Positions 41,201 through 50,056 of a DNA stretch of 64,000 bases are shown here, piece after piece (position 1 is the stretch's first letter; every line of letters begins with the position of its first letter). Source of the stretch: an uncultured bacterium (GTDB taxonomy: Bacteria > Zixibacteria > MSB-5A5 > UBA10806). The DNA lies in contig CBEUCH010000014.1 of assembly GCA_965541585.1 (NCBI GenBank), forward strand, positions 1 to 64,000, in the 5' to 3' direction. The translations under genes and the position numbers were made by a program. Under the pieces are notes generated by a model that was given only the letters and a program-made list of their open reading frames with translations, was not told the DNA's origin and did not search any database.

Positions 41201-42086
41201 AGATAATAATCTCGATATTGCGGTAAATCGCCTTATTGAATTTGGAAGGCCAGGTGCGGCAATTCGATGTTTGCATAAGAATATTCGGGATAAAAACCTC
41301 ATGATGGATTCTACTCTTGCAATTCGTGCTTTACTAGCATTTCCGAAATCATCGGAGAGGCCTTTGAGTTCTATGCTATCTCATGAAATTGCGGAAGTGA
41401 TAAGAGCTTTGCAGGAAGATCCAAATGTGTCAGTAGATGACTTGTTTAGGATCGAATGGATATTCCTACGTCTTTTGGATAGAAACACCGGCGGGCCCCC
41501 GAGGTTACTTGAAAAAATGCTTTCTGAAAAACCAGAATTTTATTGCGAGGTGATTCGCACGGTTTACCGGTCAAAAAATGAGGAAGAGACCGTTGAACCG
41601 ACAGAGCTTCAAAAAAACATGGCAAGCAACGCATATCATTTACTTCACTATTGGAGGAAACCACCGGGCATCGTAGAAGATGGTTCTTTTGATGGGGACC
41701 GATTAAATAGATGGGTAAAATTCGTTAAAGAGGAATCCGCTAAAACAGGTCATTTTGAGGTTGCCATGCATCGGCTCGGCTATGTTCTAATCTATGCACC
41801 CCCCGACCCAGACGGATTATGGATTCACAATGCGGCCGCTTCCATCCTAAACGAAAAAGACACAGATATGATCCGCGATGGTTTTAGAAATGGGCAATTT
41901 AATTCCCGTGGTGTGTATACCGGTACAGGTGGCAAAGAGGAACTAAAGATAGCAGAAAATTACAAATCTCGAGCAGATGAACTGGAAGCCAAAGGATTTC
42001 ATCGTCTTGCTGCTACAATAAGGGAATTGGCAAAAGCCTATGAGCATGAATCTGAGCGTGAATCTAGAAAAGAAGATGATTTTTAA
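38289..42086 (+). CDS. 1265-aa hypothetical protein with possible N-terminal restriction-endonuclease-like domain
   Basis: Long intact ORF with GGAGG RBS, visibly AT-richer than its neighbours. N-terminal PGPDGFL...SFWEIGT followed by a long helical region. Confidence 0.8.
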   Translation: MLLTENQLDEWVRANSRDAQGVIVELIWRLVVGSCPRPPERRFPLGDSINQPGPDGFLNTDMAYEPFVPLGKSFWEIGTGLNAASKATSDYNDRTADTPGEIRKESAFIFVTPLSATRDWKYTWKEGSQASWIEKRAKKKEWKEIRVIDGTKLIDWLRQFPAAELWMSANMGIPADGMETIEQSWGLLRNIGAPPPLLPDVFLGNRDDACVKLKEFFSRTQLQLKLESHFPYQIVQFVAAYVANMEDNFRVEIIGRCAVVSNIKAWNAIMELKDKHFLVADPSLDLTSEVGMKLIEKARMAGHFVVYGAAPGGIPHPNTAKIPNPRDYQIREALIKSGYKEERARTIAQKSGGNLGSLLRCLQNLSLMPEWAERTTAAELAIAEILGSWDESSKADITAAERLSGKAYGEWIETIREIILRPGTPLIQRDSIWKFIARYEGWYALGPRLFDKHLDLILKESVRILKEADPKFDLPREEQFTASIHGKVLSHSTALRNGLADCLALLGSHPKALLSCTLGKPESTAALAVRGILSGTDWKLWASLNDQLPLLAEASPDEFLDAVEKALSSDPCPFDKVFEQEGSGVMDWNYMTGLLWALETLAWSEVYLARATVILGELAVRDPGGNWANRPSNSLTTIMLPWMPQTCAPIEKRIGAVSILIKEKPDIAWNLLLSLLPSSHQMSSGTRRPAWREFIPENWPSAITRQEYADQVIRYTDIVIEAAKNDLSKLAQLIDRIEDLPLEARNRLIEHLDSDSIADLPEETRLKLWEELIDLINKHKRHADAKWAMEQDQIDVLSNIAGRLEPRTPAHLYRRLFSERDLDLYEGKGDWHKQAEDLEERRRKAVAHIYEENGIGTVIDFAKKVESPWRVGIALGAISQEDADKIILPDFINIDDKTLIQFTAGFVRGKFNCCGWSWVDKINTANWSNIQIGQFLAYLPFGLDTWKRAKDFLKDDESIYWNQTNANPYETDNNLDIAVNRLIEFGRPGAAIRCLHKNIRDKNLMMDSTLAIRALLAFPKSSERPLSSMLSHEIAEVIRALQEDPNVSVDDLFRIEWIFLRLLDRNTGGPPRLLEKMLSEKPEFYCEVIRTVYRSKNEEETVEPTELQKNMASNAYHLLHYWRKPPGIVEDGSFDGDRLNRWVKFVKEESAKTGHFEVAMHRLGYVLIYAPPDPDGLWIHNAAASILNEKDTDMIRDGFRNGQFNSRGVYTGTGGKEELKIAENYKSRADELEAKGFHRLAATIRELAKAYEHESERESRKEDDF

Positions 42087-42299
42087 ACATAGTTGTTAAA
42101 TTTAACCCCCCCCTATCCGATCCCAAAAAAAATCGTATTATTTTCGCTTTCATTACTAATTTGGACTAAATTTTGCTTGCAATTACCGCCTAAACTGATA
42201 TATTGACTCATAGAAAGAAGAGGCTTTCGTTTAAGTCTAATTCCGGTTATGCCGATAAATAGAGCGGTGGTGAGGAAGTCTCTGAATTAGGATAAGTCT

Positions 42300-43739
42300 A
42301 TGGTTAATATTAGGATGTCACAAATAGTGGGGCTTCGGGCCGAACTTACGGTAAGGCCCGATCTGATCCAGTCGCTGAAACTCCTGATGGAGCCTATCCT
42401 GAATCTCGAGCAGGTTTTAAGGCAGAATCTGGCCGAAAATCCCCTTCTGGAGGAGATCGAGGAGCAGGAGGAGGAGATAATACAACCCGAGGTTCCGGAG
42501 CCGGCCCGCAAGAATGACGAGAAACTCAAGGAGATCGACTGGCAGGAGTTCTTAGGCGAGGAGAATGAATGGGTTTCGGGGCATTACAGGGATTTTTCCG
42601 AAAGCGACGAGGAGAGAACCGAGCGGACCCAGGTTGTGGAGAAAACTCTTTATGATCATCTTTTCGAGCAGCTTGGCTATACCCGTCTGAGCGATGAGGA
42701 GATTGAAATAGGAGCATACATTATAGGCAATATTGATGAATCCGGTTTTTTGCAATCGGAAGTCAACAGGATGGCCGAGGAGCTTCAGAAGGATCCGGAG
42801 ATGGTTGAGAAGGTATTGAAGGTTATCAAGAAGTTTGACCCTCCGGGGGTCGCTTCACGTGATCTGCGCGAATGTCTCCTGGCTCAGCTCGAGGAACAAG
42901 GGCTTAACGGTTCTCTGGTATGGGAGCTTGTGGATGAACATCTTTACACGCTTGATAAGAAAAGCGTTTCTCAGCTCTCCAAACTGACGGGAGCATCGCC
43001 TGAGAAGGTACAGTCTGCGCTGGATATCATAAAGAGTCTATCGCCAAAGCCGGCTCAGGGTCAATTTGTGAAACCCGCGGCAGCAGTGGTGCCGGATCTG
43101 ATTGTCGAGAAAATGGACGGGGACTATGTGATCTTTCATAACGATAAGAATCTTCCCAGAATGCGTATCAATCAATCCTACCGGTCTTTGATCAGGCGGG
43201 GTAATAAAACCCCGGAAACCACAAAGAATTATATTCGTGAAAAGCTGGAGCAGGCCCGATGGCTCATTAACGCCATAAACCAGAGGCGGAGCACCATGAT
43301 TAACGTTATGGAAGCCATAGTGGAGGAACAAGTAGGCTTTCTCGAACATGGCGAGGACCATATCAGGCCGCTGACAATGGAGCAAATAGCCGATAAAGTC
43401 GGGATGAATGTTGCTACCATATCGCGGGTGGCCAGCGGAAAATATGTCCAGACGCCTCTCGGGGTGTTCGAAATCAAATACTTTTTCAACACCGGGGTTT
43501 CGACGGCGAATGGGGAGGATCTATCAAAGCGGGTGGTGAAGAACAGGATCCAGGCTGTCATTTCGGGTGAAAACCCGGCCCTGCCACTGTCCGACCAGGA
43601 GATTGCGAATATTCTTAAAGAGGATGGTGTGAAGCTTGCCCGGCGAACAGTCACCAAATACCGTGAAGAATTGGGCATAAAATCGGCGAGATTCAGAAAA
43701 CAGTTATCGGGGAGTTCCTCCGGTTCCTCATCGATTTAG
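42300..43739 (+). CDS. rpoN: RNA polymerase sigma-54 factor
   Basis: ENPLLE, DPPGVASRDLRECLLAQL, ATISRV and RpoN box ARRTVTKYRE. Confidence 0.97.
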   Translation: MVNIRMSQIVGLRAELTVRPDLIQSLKLLMEPILNLEQVLRQNLAENPLLEEIEEQEEEIIQPEVPEPARKNDEKLKEIDWQEFLGEENEWVSGHYRDFSESDEERTERTQVVEKTLYDHLFEQLGYTRLSDEEIEIGAYIIGNIDESGFLQSEVNRMAEELQKDPEMVEKVLKVIKKFDPPGVASRDLRECLLAQLEEQGLNGSLVWELVDEHLYTLDKKSVSQLSKLTGASPEKVQSALDIIKSLSPKPAQGQFVKPAAAVVPDLIVEKMDGDYVIFHNDKNLPRMRINQSYRSLIRRGNKTPETTKNYIREKLEQARWLINAINQRRSTMINVMEAIVEEQVGFLEHGEDHIRPLTMEQIADKVGMNVATISRVASGKYVQTPLGVFEIKYFFNTGVSTANGEDLSKRVVKNRIQAVISGENPALPLSDQEIANILKEDGVKLARRTVTKYREELGIKSARFRKQLSGSSSGSSSI

Positions 43740-44133
43740 ATATCCCGGATCTGGCGATCGTCCGTATCGAATCTAACGTATAAAAATGCTTGCCTGCCGC
43801 CTGAAATCCTCATAAATTGGTTTCCAAATTATGGAACACGGTATCGTGAGAATGCGCTTCCCCGGTCTGAACTTGGCCGGTTTTTGTATTAAAATGAAAT
43901 CTAAACGGAGACAATTCTTAGGCTAAATGATTTAATGCCATTGAATTCTAGGCGGATACAGGACAGAGGCCCGATGCCGAAAATAAGCATGGGAATAGGG
44001 GAGTATTTCGATATCGAGCCCCGAAATCAGATAATGGTCACCCGGTTTGAAATCTTTGAAACAAAGCTTGATCCCACCAGGTAGAATCGGCATAGCGCCG
44101 GATTGCCGTCGAAACCGATTGAGAGGTGTTTAA

Positions 44134-44490
44134 ATGGATATTAGAACAACAGCGAGACACTTCCAGCTGACCGATAACCTGAGGAAATATTCTGAGAATG
44201 AGATAAAGAGACTGGAGAAATACTACGATCATATAATAGACACCCATCTGACAATGTCGGTGGAGAAGTCCAGGCAAATAGCGGAATTGATCGTAAAGGT
44301 TTATGGCACGGTACTTACATCCAAGGCCAAGGCCTTCGATATGTATGTCGCTGTCGAGCAGGTCATCAGTAAAATGGAGACTCAGATAAAGAAGTATAAA
44401 GCCAAGCTCAGGGATAGGAAGAGTGCCAGGAAATCACCGCTGAAAACGCGGAATTTCAATGTCGAGACAGAGGAAACGGAGGACGAGTAA
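44134..44490 (+). CDS. hpf: Ribosome hibernation promoting factor (short HPF/RaiA family)
   Basis: TARHFQLTDNLR and DMYVAV...KMETQIKKYK motifs. Follows rpoN. Confidence 0.9.
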   Translation: MDIRTTARHFQLTDNLRKYSENEIKRLEKYYDHIIDTHLTMSVEKSRQIAELIVKVYGTVLTSKAKAFDMYVAVEQVISKMETQIKKYKAKLRDRKSARKSPLKTRNFNVETEETEDE

Positions 44491-44495
44491 CAGAT

Positions 44496-45464
44496 ATGCC
44501 AACCCTCACAGTCGGCAAGTTGATCTCGGAAAAGCGTGATTTTCTGGAACTGTTTCCGCTTCTGGAGGGGATAGGATATGAGAAGTCTCTGAAGGACAGC
44601 CAGATTCATCGTCCCGGGCTGGCCCTGACGGGATTTAACGAACGGTTTCCCAATGATAGAACCCAGGTTCTCGGGCAGACGGAGATTTCCTATCTGAATA
44701 GCCTTACAGACAGCCAGCTCGACGAGCGTTTAGCTAATCTATTCGCCTTTGATATTCCTCTTTTTATTGTAACCAAAGGCATGGTTCCTCCGAATAAATT
44801 TCTCCGTTACGCCGAAAATTCCGGCACTGCGGTTTTGCAGACAAATCTTTCGACGACAGAATTGATAGGCCGGCTCTCTGCTTATCTTATCAACATTTTC
44901 GCTCCCCAGACCACTATTCACGGTTCATTGGTGGATGTTTATGGTGTTGGCCTTCTTTATACGGGAAAATCGGGGATAGGAAAGTCCGAATGCGCTCTCG
45001 ATCTCGTCGAACGGGGGCATAGGTTGGTGGCCGATGACTCCATAAAGATCACGAAAAAGACGCCCGACGTTATCGTGGGCCATGCGGTCGAAAAACTGGG
45101 CCATCATATGGAAGTACGCGGCATCGGGATCATCGATATTGAAAAACTGTTCGGGATAAGGGCTATTAGATTGCAGAAAAGGATCGAGGTGGAGGTTCGT
45201 CTGGAACGCTGGGATGAATCCAAGGAATATGATCGCCTGGGGATCGATGATCATCGGACGTCGATACTGGGAGTTGAAATTCCTTATGTGGTTATCCCGG
45301 TTTCCCCGGGAAAGAATATAACGGTGATTTCCGAGGTCATCAGCATGAATCATATGCTGAAAGTCTACGGCGAAAACACCGCCCAGAGATTTATTCAGAA
45401 GCTAACGGAGGAAATCGCTCGTAGGAAGACCACGCTGGCTTATCTCGAGGCTGATATGGAATAG
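44496..45464 (+). CDS. hprK: HPr kinase/phosphorylase
   Basis: HRPGLAL, GKSGIGKSECALDLVERGHRLVADD and EVRGIGIID motifs. Confidence 0.97.
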   Translation: MPTLTVGKLISEKRDFLELFPLLEGIGYEKSLKDSQIHRPGLALTGFNERFPNDRTQVLGQTEISYLNSLTDSQLDERLANLFAFDIPLFIVTKGMVPPNKFLRYAENSGTAVLQTNLSTTELIGRLSAYLINIFAPQTTIHGSLVDVYGVGLLYTGKSGIGKSECALDLVERGHRLVADDSIKITKKTPDVIVGHAVEKLGHHMEVRGIGIIDIEKLFGIRAIRLQKRIEVEVRLERWDESKEYDRLGIDDHRTSILGVEIPYVVIPVSPGKNITVISEVISMNHMLKVYGENTAQRFIQKLTEEIARRKTTLAYLEADME

Positions 45465-45472
45465 CGATTCAA

Positions 45473-45506
45473 GAAAGCAGACCGCTTTATCCGGCGGACT
45501 GCTTTC
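45473..45506 (+). terminator. Hairpin after hprK
   Basis: GAAAGCAG-A-CCGC / GCGG-A-CTGCTTTC inverted repeat with a weak U-tract. Confidence 0.45.
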
Positions 45507-45602
45507 CGGAGACGCCGTTACAAATAAATGTTTTATGATCCGCTGAAACCAAATCCTATTCCTGCCGAATATAAATGTTAGAGAGAGGTTAGAGGGAACA
45601 AG

Positions 45603-46499
45603 ATGCGAGATCTTTCGGTCGAGTTAAAAGTGGGAACGGTCGTCATCGTGGCGGCCCTTATATTATTTTTCGGAATAGTCTGGGTGAAGGATTATAAATT
45701 CAACGTAAAAAGGTATGATTATTCAGTATTGTTTCCCAATATTGGCACTCTCGAGGTGGGAGACCCGGTCAGCGTCCTGGGCGTCAAAAAAGGGGGGGTT
45801 AAGAAGATCGTCCTTTCAGGCAACGATGTTCTGGTGACGTTCAATCTTACGGATGATGTCGATCTGAGAAACGACGCTATATTTACGGTCATGAATATCG
45901 GCCTCATGGGGGAGCGATTCATCAATATTATCCCCGGCGTGTCAGCGGTGCCGCTGGATCTTTCCTATCCCGTGCATGGTTTCTATGACACAGGTATTCC
46001 TGAGGTGATGGGTATGATGGGCGCCGCCATCGATGAGGTCCGGCATCTGGTAGCCATACTCGAAGGTACGGTGGGCACTCCTGAGGCGACGACGTCCATC
46101 AAGAACATAATAGCCAATATGGAACGAATATCGAGCGATTTGCGTATGCTGACAGAGGAGAATACGGAGAAGATGTCGCAGACTGTGGAGGATCTCTCGG
46201 TCTCGTCAGCCAGGATGAGGGATTTCGTGGATCGCAATGAACAGAAGCTTCAGGGTACGCTTGATAACTTCAACGAGGCATCAGGAAACATCGCCGTCTT
46301 TTCAGGGAGGATGGATAGTCTATCGATGTCGGTTCAAAATTTAATCGCCGATATGGAAGCGGGGCAGGGGACTCTGGGAAGAATGCTGAAAGAGGATTCT
46401 CTATATCAGAGCCTTTATAAAACTGCTGTTGATTTGGATTCTCTTATTACGGATTTCAAGGCCAATCCCAAGAAATATATCCACTTCTCAATATTCTGA
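45603..46499 (+). CDS. MCE/MlaD-family protein
   Basis: ELKVG TM anchor, LEVGDPVSVLGVKKG, GLMGERFI, a coiled coil and GTLGRML...NPKKY. Confidence 0.9.
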   Translation: MRDLSVELKVGTVVIVAALILFFGIVWVKDYKFNVKRYDYSVLFPNIGTLEVGDPVSVLGVKKGGVKKIVLSGNDVLVTFNLTDDVDLRNDAIFTVMNIGLMGERFINIIPGVSAVPLDLSYPVHGFYDTGIPEVMGMMGAAIDEVRHLVAILEGTVGTPEATTSIKNIIANMERISSDLRMLTEENTEKMSQTVEDLSVSSARMRDFVDRNEQKLQGTLDNFNEASGNIAVFSGRMDSLSMSVQNLIADMEAGQGTLGRMLKEDSLYQSLYKTAVDLDSLITDFKANPKKYIHFSIF

Positions 46500-48631
46500 T
46501 GGTACGCCTCGTTTTCGGGATACATATCCACCAGCCGGTTGGGAATTTCGATTCCGTTTTTGAATCTGCCTATGATAAATGCTACCTGCCCTTCTTGAAA
46601 ACGATCGCTAACCACCCATCCATCAAATTCTGCCTTCATGCCACGGGGCCGCTTTATCACTGGATCGAACAAAATAAACCGGAGTGGTTTGAACTCTTGA
46701 GAGGGATGCTGGCTTCCGGTCAGGTGGATATGATGGGCGGCGGATTTTACGAACCGATTTTAAGCGCCATACCGATGGAGGATAGCATCGGCCAGATCGA
46801 GAAAATGTCAGACTATATAGAACAGAAGTTTGGTGTTGTCCCGAAGGGCATGTGGACCGCGGAACGCGTCTGGGAACCGGGCCTGCCGGCGATAATGGCG
46901 CGGGCGGGGATGACCTATACCGTCCTGGATGATACTCATTTTCGATGGGCGGGTTTGAAAGAAGACCAGCTTTTCGGGTACTATATTACAGAGGATGGTG
47001 GTCTACCGGTTTATGTTTTTCCAATCAGCAAATTCCTAAGATACAGCATACCGTTTCAGCAGCCGCGGGCGACAATAGAATATCTGAAAAAACTATATGA
47101 CGAACGGGGCGATATTATTGTGGTGTATGCCGACGACGGCGAGAAATTCGGCGTCTGGCCCGGCACTCATAACACCTGTTACAACGAAAGGTGGCTGGAA
47201 CGTTTTTTCCACCAGCTGGCGGAAAACGTCGGCTGGATAAAGCCGGTATTTTTTTCTGAGGCGATTGAGGAATTACCGGCTATCGGCAGAGTCTATCTTC
47301 CAACATCATCATACGCCGAGATGGGACAATGGTCATTGCCGCCGGATGGATTCGGAGAATATGAACAGATAGAGAATAAGTTCAAGGACGAAAAGCTCTG
47401 GGACGAATACGGTTATCTCATTCGGGGAGGTTTCTGGCGCAATTTTATGACGAAATATCCAGAGGCCAACAATATGCATAAGAAAATGATGTATCTTACA
47501 TATCAAATCCGGGAGGCCTCGGAGAAGAAGACCCTCGATGACGATACTCTCGCCAGGGTCATCGATCTCAAATGGCAGGGGCAATGTAATTGTCCTTACT
47601 GGCACGGGATATTCGGCGGATTGTATCTAAATCATTTAAGGCATGCCACCTATTCGCGTTTTCTACAGGCCGAGTCGATGCTCGAGAGCGTCAAAGAAGA
47701 ATCGTTTATCGAACATGAGGTGTTCGATTTTGACATAGACGGCCACGAGGAGGTAATATTAAAAAACCGCTACATAAACCTTTATATATCGCCGTCTCTC
47801 GGAGGCTCGATTTTCGAACTCGATTATAAGCCGGCATCGATAAATCTTCTGGACACCATGACCAGACGGAAGGAGGGTTACCATAGCAGGCTTGTGCAGG
47901 CGACGCCGGCAGACGATTCGGCGGAAGGTTCGATCCACGACAGGGTCGAGGTTAAAGAGGGAGGGCTGGAGAAATATCTGATTTATGACTGGTACCGGCG
48001 AACAGGTTTCCTCGATCATTTCCTGGAGCGGGATGTCGATATCGAGAAATTCGCCGGAAACGAATACACCGAATGCGGGGATTTTGTCGATCAGCCTTAC
48101 TCTGCAGAGCTGGTCAAAAAGGAAGATCGGGTCGGGCTGGTGATGGCTAGAGACGGGCATGTCTGGATTAACAAAATCTGGGCGCCGGTAATCGTGGGGA
48201 AAATGGTAGTCCTCTGGTCCGGTAGTCCGAAGTTTGATGTTTTTTACCGTGTGGAAAACAAATCCGATTCGCATCTGAAATCTCTGTTCGGGATCGAAAC
48301 CGCCTGGGCCATGCTGGCGGGGAATTCGCCTGACAGGTTTTATCATATCGATGGTTCTAAACCTGCGGCCTGCGAAATGCTCTCGAGCGGCGTGATTTCA
48401 GACTCGGAAATTTTCGGAATCAGGGATAATGCTTTAAAGTATGACATCACCCTGAAGGCTGATCAAAAACTCGATTGGTGGCGATTCCCGATTGAGACTG
48501 TCAGCCTGTCGGAGAATGGATTTGAACGAAATTACCAGCAGTCAACGGTCATGCCGGTCGTGAAACTGGACCTGGGGCCGGGTGATTCCGCAAAAATAAG
48601 AATCACCGTAGAAATCAACAAAACTGAATAA
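46499..48631 (+). CDS. GH57 alpha-amylase/4-alpha-glucanotransferase
   Basis: HIHQP, YEPIL, WTAERVW, DDGEKFG and CPYWHGIFGG motifs. Confidence 0.92.
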   Translation: MVRLVFGIHIHQPVGNFDSVFESAYDKCYLPFLKTIANHPSIKFCLHATGPLYHWIEQNKPEWFELLRGMLASGQVDMMGGGFYEPILSAIPMEDSIGQIEKMSDYIEQKFGVVPKGMWTAERVWEPGLPAIMARAGMTYTVLDDTHFRWAGLKEDQLFGYYITEDGGLPVYVFPISKFLRYSIPFQQPRATIEYLKKLYDERGDIIVVYADDGEKFGVWPGTHNTCYNERWLERFFHQLAENVGWIKPVFFSEAIEELPAIGRVYLPTSSYAEMGQWSLPPDGFGEYEQIENKFKDEKLWDEYGYLIRGGFWRNFMTKYPEANNMHKKMMYLTYQIREASEKKTLDDDTLARVIDLKWQGQCNCPYWHGIFGGLYLNHLRHATYSRFLQAESMLESVKEESFIEHEVFDFDIDGHEEVILKNRYINLYISPSLGGSIFELDYKPASINLLDTMTRRKEGYHSRLVQATPADDSAEGSIHDRVEVKEGGLEKYLIYDWYRRTGFLDHFLERDVDIEKFAGNEYTECGDFVDQPYSAELVKKEDRVGLVMARDGHVWINKIWAPVIVGKMVVLWSGSPKFDVFYRVENKSDSHLKSLFGIETAWAMLAGNSPDRFYHIDGSKPAACEMLSSGVISDSEIFGIRDNALKYDITLKADQKLDWWRFPIETVSLSENGFERNYQQSTVMPVVKLDLGPGDSAKIRITVEINKTE

Positions 48632-49123
48632 TCATTGAATATCAGGCCATTCCCCCCTGAGGTTTTCATAGGGGATGGCGGACTTAAGCTTCCTCAACAA
48701 CGCCTTATAATGACTGCCCTTCCAGTAAAATCTCTTACAAGAGGGGCATCGTTTGATGATATCCTGGGTCTTCAGGATAAAAGGGAAAACCTCCGTGGAG
48801 ATTGTGCGTTTATCTACGATGTGGCAAAGGTCGTTGCATCTGGAGCACCGGTTGAACAACAGCTCGGGGTCGATTTTTAAATTTAATTCCTGAATTACTT
48901 TAGAGAGCTGATTCAAGGGGTTATCGTTTTCCAGAATAAAGATACCATAGGGGATGCTCATCGATGATAATTTATGGTCGCGTGTTAACAAATATCGTTC
49001 CTCGGAGGCTGCGGTTCTGAGCAGTTTGCTATCGTCGATGCTCTCGTCGAAATGGGTATCGAACCCCAGTACGCGCAGGTAGCCGGCGAGCTTGCCCAGG
49101 TTATCGTCGCAAATGAACTTCAC
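48632..49123 (-). CDS. Mut7-C RNase domain protein
   Basis: FICDDNLGKLAGYLRVLGFD, LLTRD, RCSRCN and CPSCKRFYWKGSH motifs. Confidence 0.92.
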   Translation of the reverse strand: MKFICDDNLGKLAGYLRVLGFDTHFDESIDDSKLLRTAASEERYLLTRDHKLSSMSIPYGIFILENDNPLNQLSKVIQELNLKIDPELLFNRCSRCNDLCHIVDKRTISTEVFPFILKTQDIIKRCPSCKRFYWKGSHYKALLRKLKSAIPYENLRGEWPDIQ

Positions 49124-49129
49124 AGCTGA

Positions 49130-49158
49130 AATCTAACAGCGGTCGGTGCATCGGTCAA
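49130..49158 (-). promoter_or_regulatory. sigma70 promoter of the Mut7-C gene (probably leaderless)
   Basis: Minus strand TTGACC-N17-TAGATT ending 6 nt before GTG 49123. Confidence 0.6.
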
Positions 49159-49241
49159 GCGTCCCGCCTCCTATTTCGGGTAGTTTTTGCTTGACTACAG
49201 GGAAGCATCGGCTATTATTATTTTTCGCCGCGGTAAGGCGT

Positions 49242-49313
49242 GGGGGTGTAGCTCAGTGGTAGAGCATCTGCCTTTTAAGCAGGTGGTCGAAGGTTCAATC
49301 CCTTCCACCCTCA
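49242..49313 (+). tRNA. tRNA-Lys(UUU)
   Basis: Cloverleaf GGGGGTG/CACCCTC; anticodon loop CTTTTAA; T-loop TTCAATC; CCA not encoded. Confidence 0.95.
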
Positions 49314-49340
49314 TTTGAGATGAGAAAAAGATGTTTCAAT

Positions 49341-49414
49341 GCGCCTTTAGCTCAGCTAGGTAGAGCAGCTGACTCTTAATCAGGAGGTCGTAGGTTCGAT
49401 CCCTACAAGGCGCA
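49341..49414 (+). tRNA. tRNA-Lys(CUU)
   Basis: GCGCCTT/AAGGCGC acceptor stem; anticodon loop CTCTTAA; T-loop TTCGATC; CCA not encoded. Confidence 0.95.
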
Positions 49415-49660
49415 TTTTATGATACCACATAATGAAAAATCCGCGCCAGGAATCGGACCGGAACCTCCCGGATCGTAAGTGTTTATTATTCAGCCAGTTT
49501 TATTGTAGTTAACAGTGTAGCCCGTGACGAACCATCCAAATAAGCCAATTCGGGGGATTATTTTGTATATGTATCCTTATCTTCAAACTTCCTATTGACA
49601 TATGGCGAAATTGGAGATAAAAGATAGAATGAGATCAAACTCACGCACTGAGGATTATTG

Positions 49661-49786
49661 ATGCCAGCTAAGAAAAAACGCTTAAAAAAAACTCGCTGTA
49701 CCGGCAGGACGAAAAACGGGAAAAGGTGCAATCGCCAGGTGTTTCCGCCCGTCAAATACTGCCATCTTCATAGGAAAAAGGAATAA
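49661..49786 (+). CDS. 41-aa basic Cys3His zinc-finger microprotein (DUF5763-like); not in ORF track
   Basis: MPAKKKRLKKTRCTGRTKNGKRCNRQVFPPVKYCHLHRKKE; GAGG RBS; TTGACA at 49595. Confidence 0.7.
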   Translation: MPAKKKRLKKTRCTGRTKNGKRCNRQVFPPVKYCHLHRKKE

Positions 49787-50056
49787 TGGCCTGCCTCCGG
49801 GATTTTTCTTGCTTGTTATTTGACCGACCTTAATATTTGAATCTATAAACGGGAAATAAGCATCCCCGGCGATATTGTGGCAAGGCTAATTTAGCAGGCG
49901 GCTGCCAACAGTCCGATGGATATATACTTGAGAGCAACTATAAAAGGCTTGACATAAGAGCCATAATATATTAACTATGAATTGGTTAGTATTATTGCTT
50001 CTCTCAGATAAGCGTCGTTGTTGATAAGTAAACCTTAAGATTATGCGGAGATCATC

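Noticed and set aside
43740..44133. Long rpoN-hpf spacer as an ncRNA or sigma-54 promoter
   Set aside because: Only weak hairpins, and no convincing TGGCAC-N5-TTGC motif.
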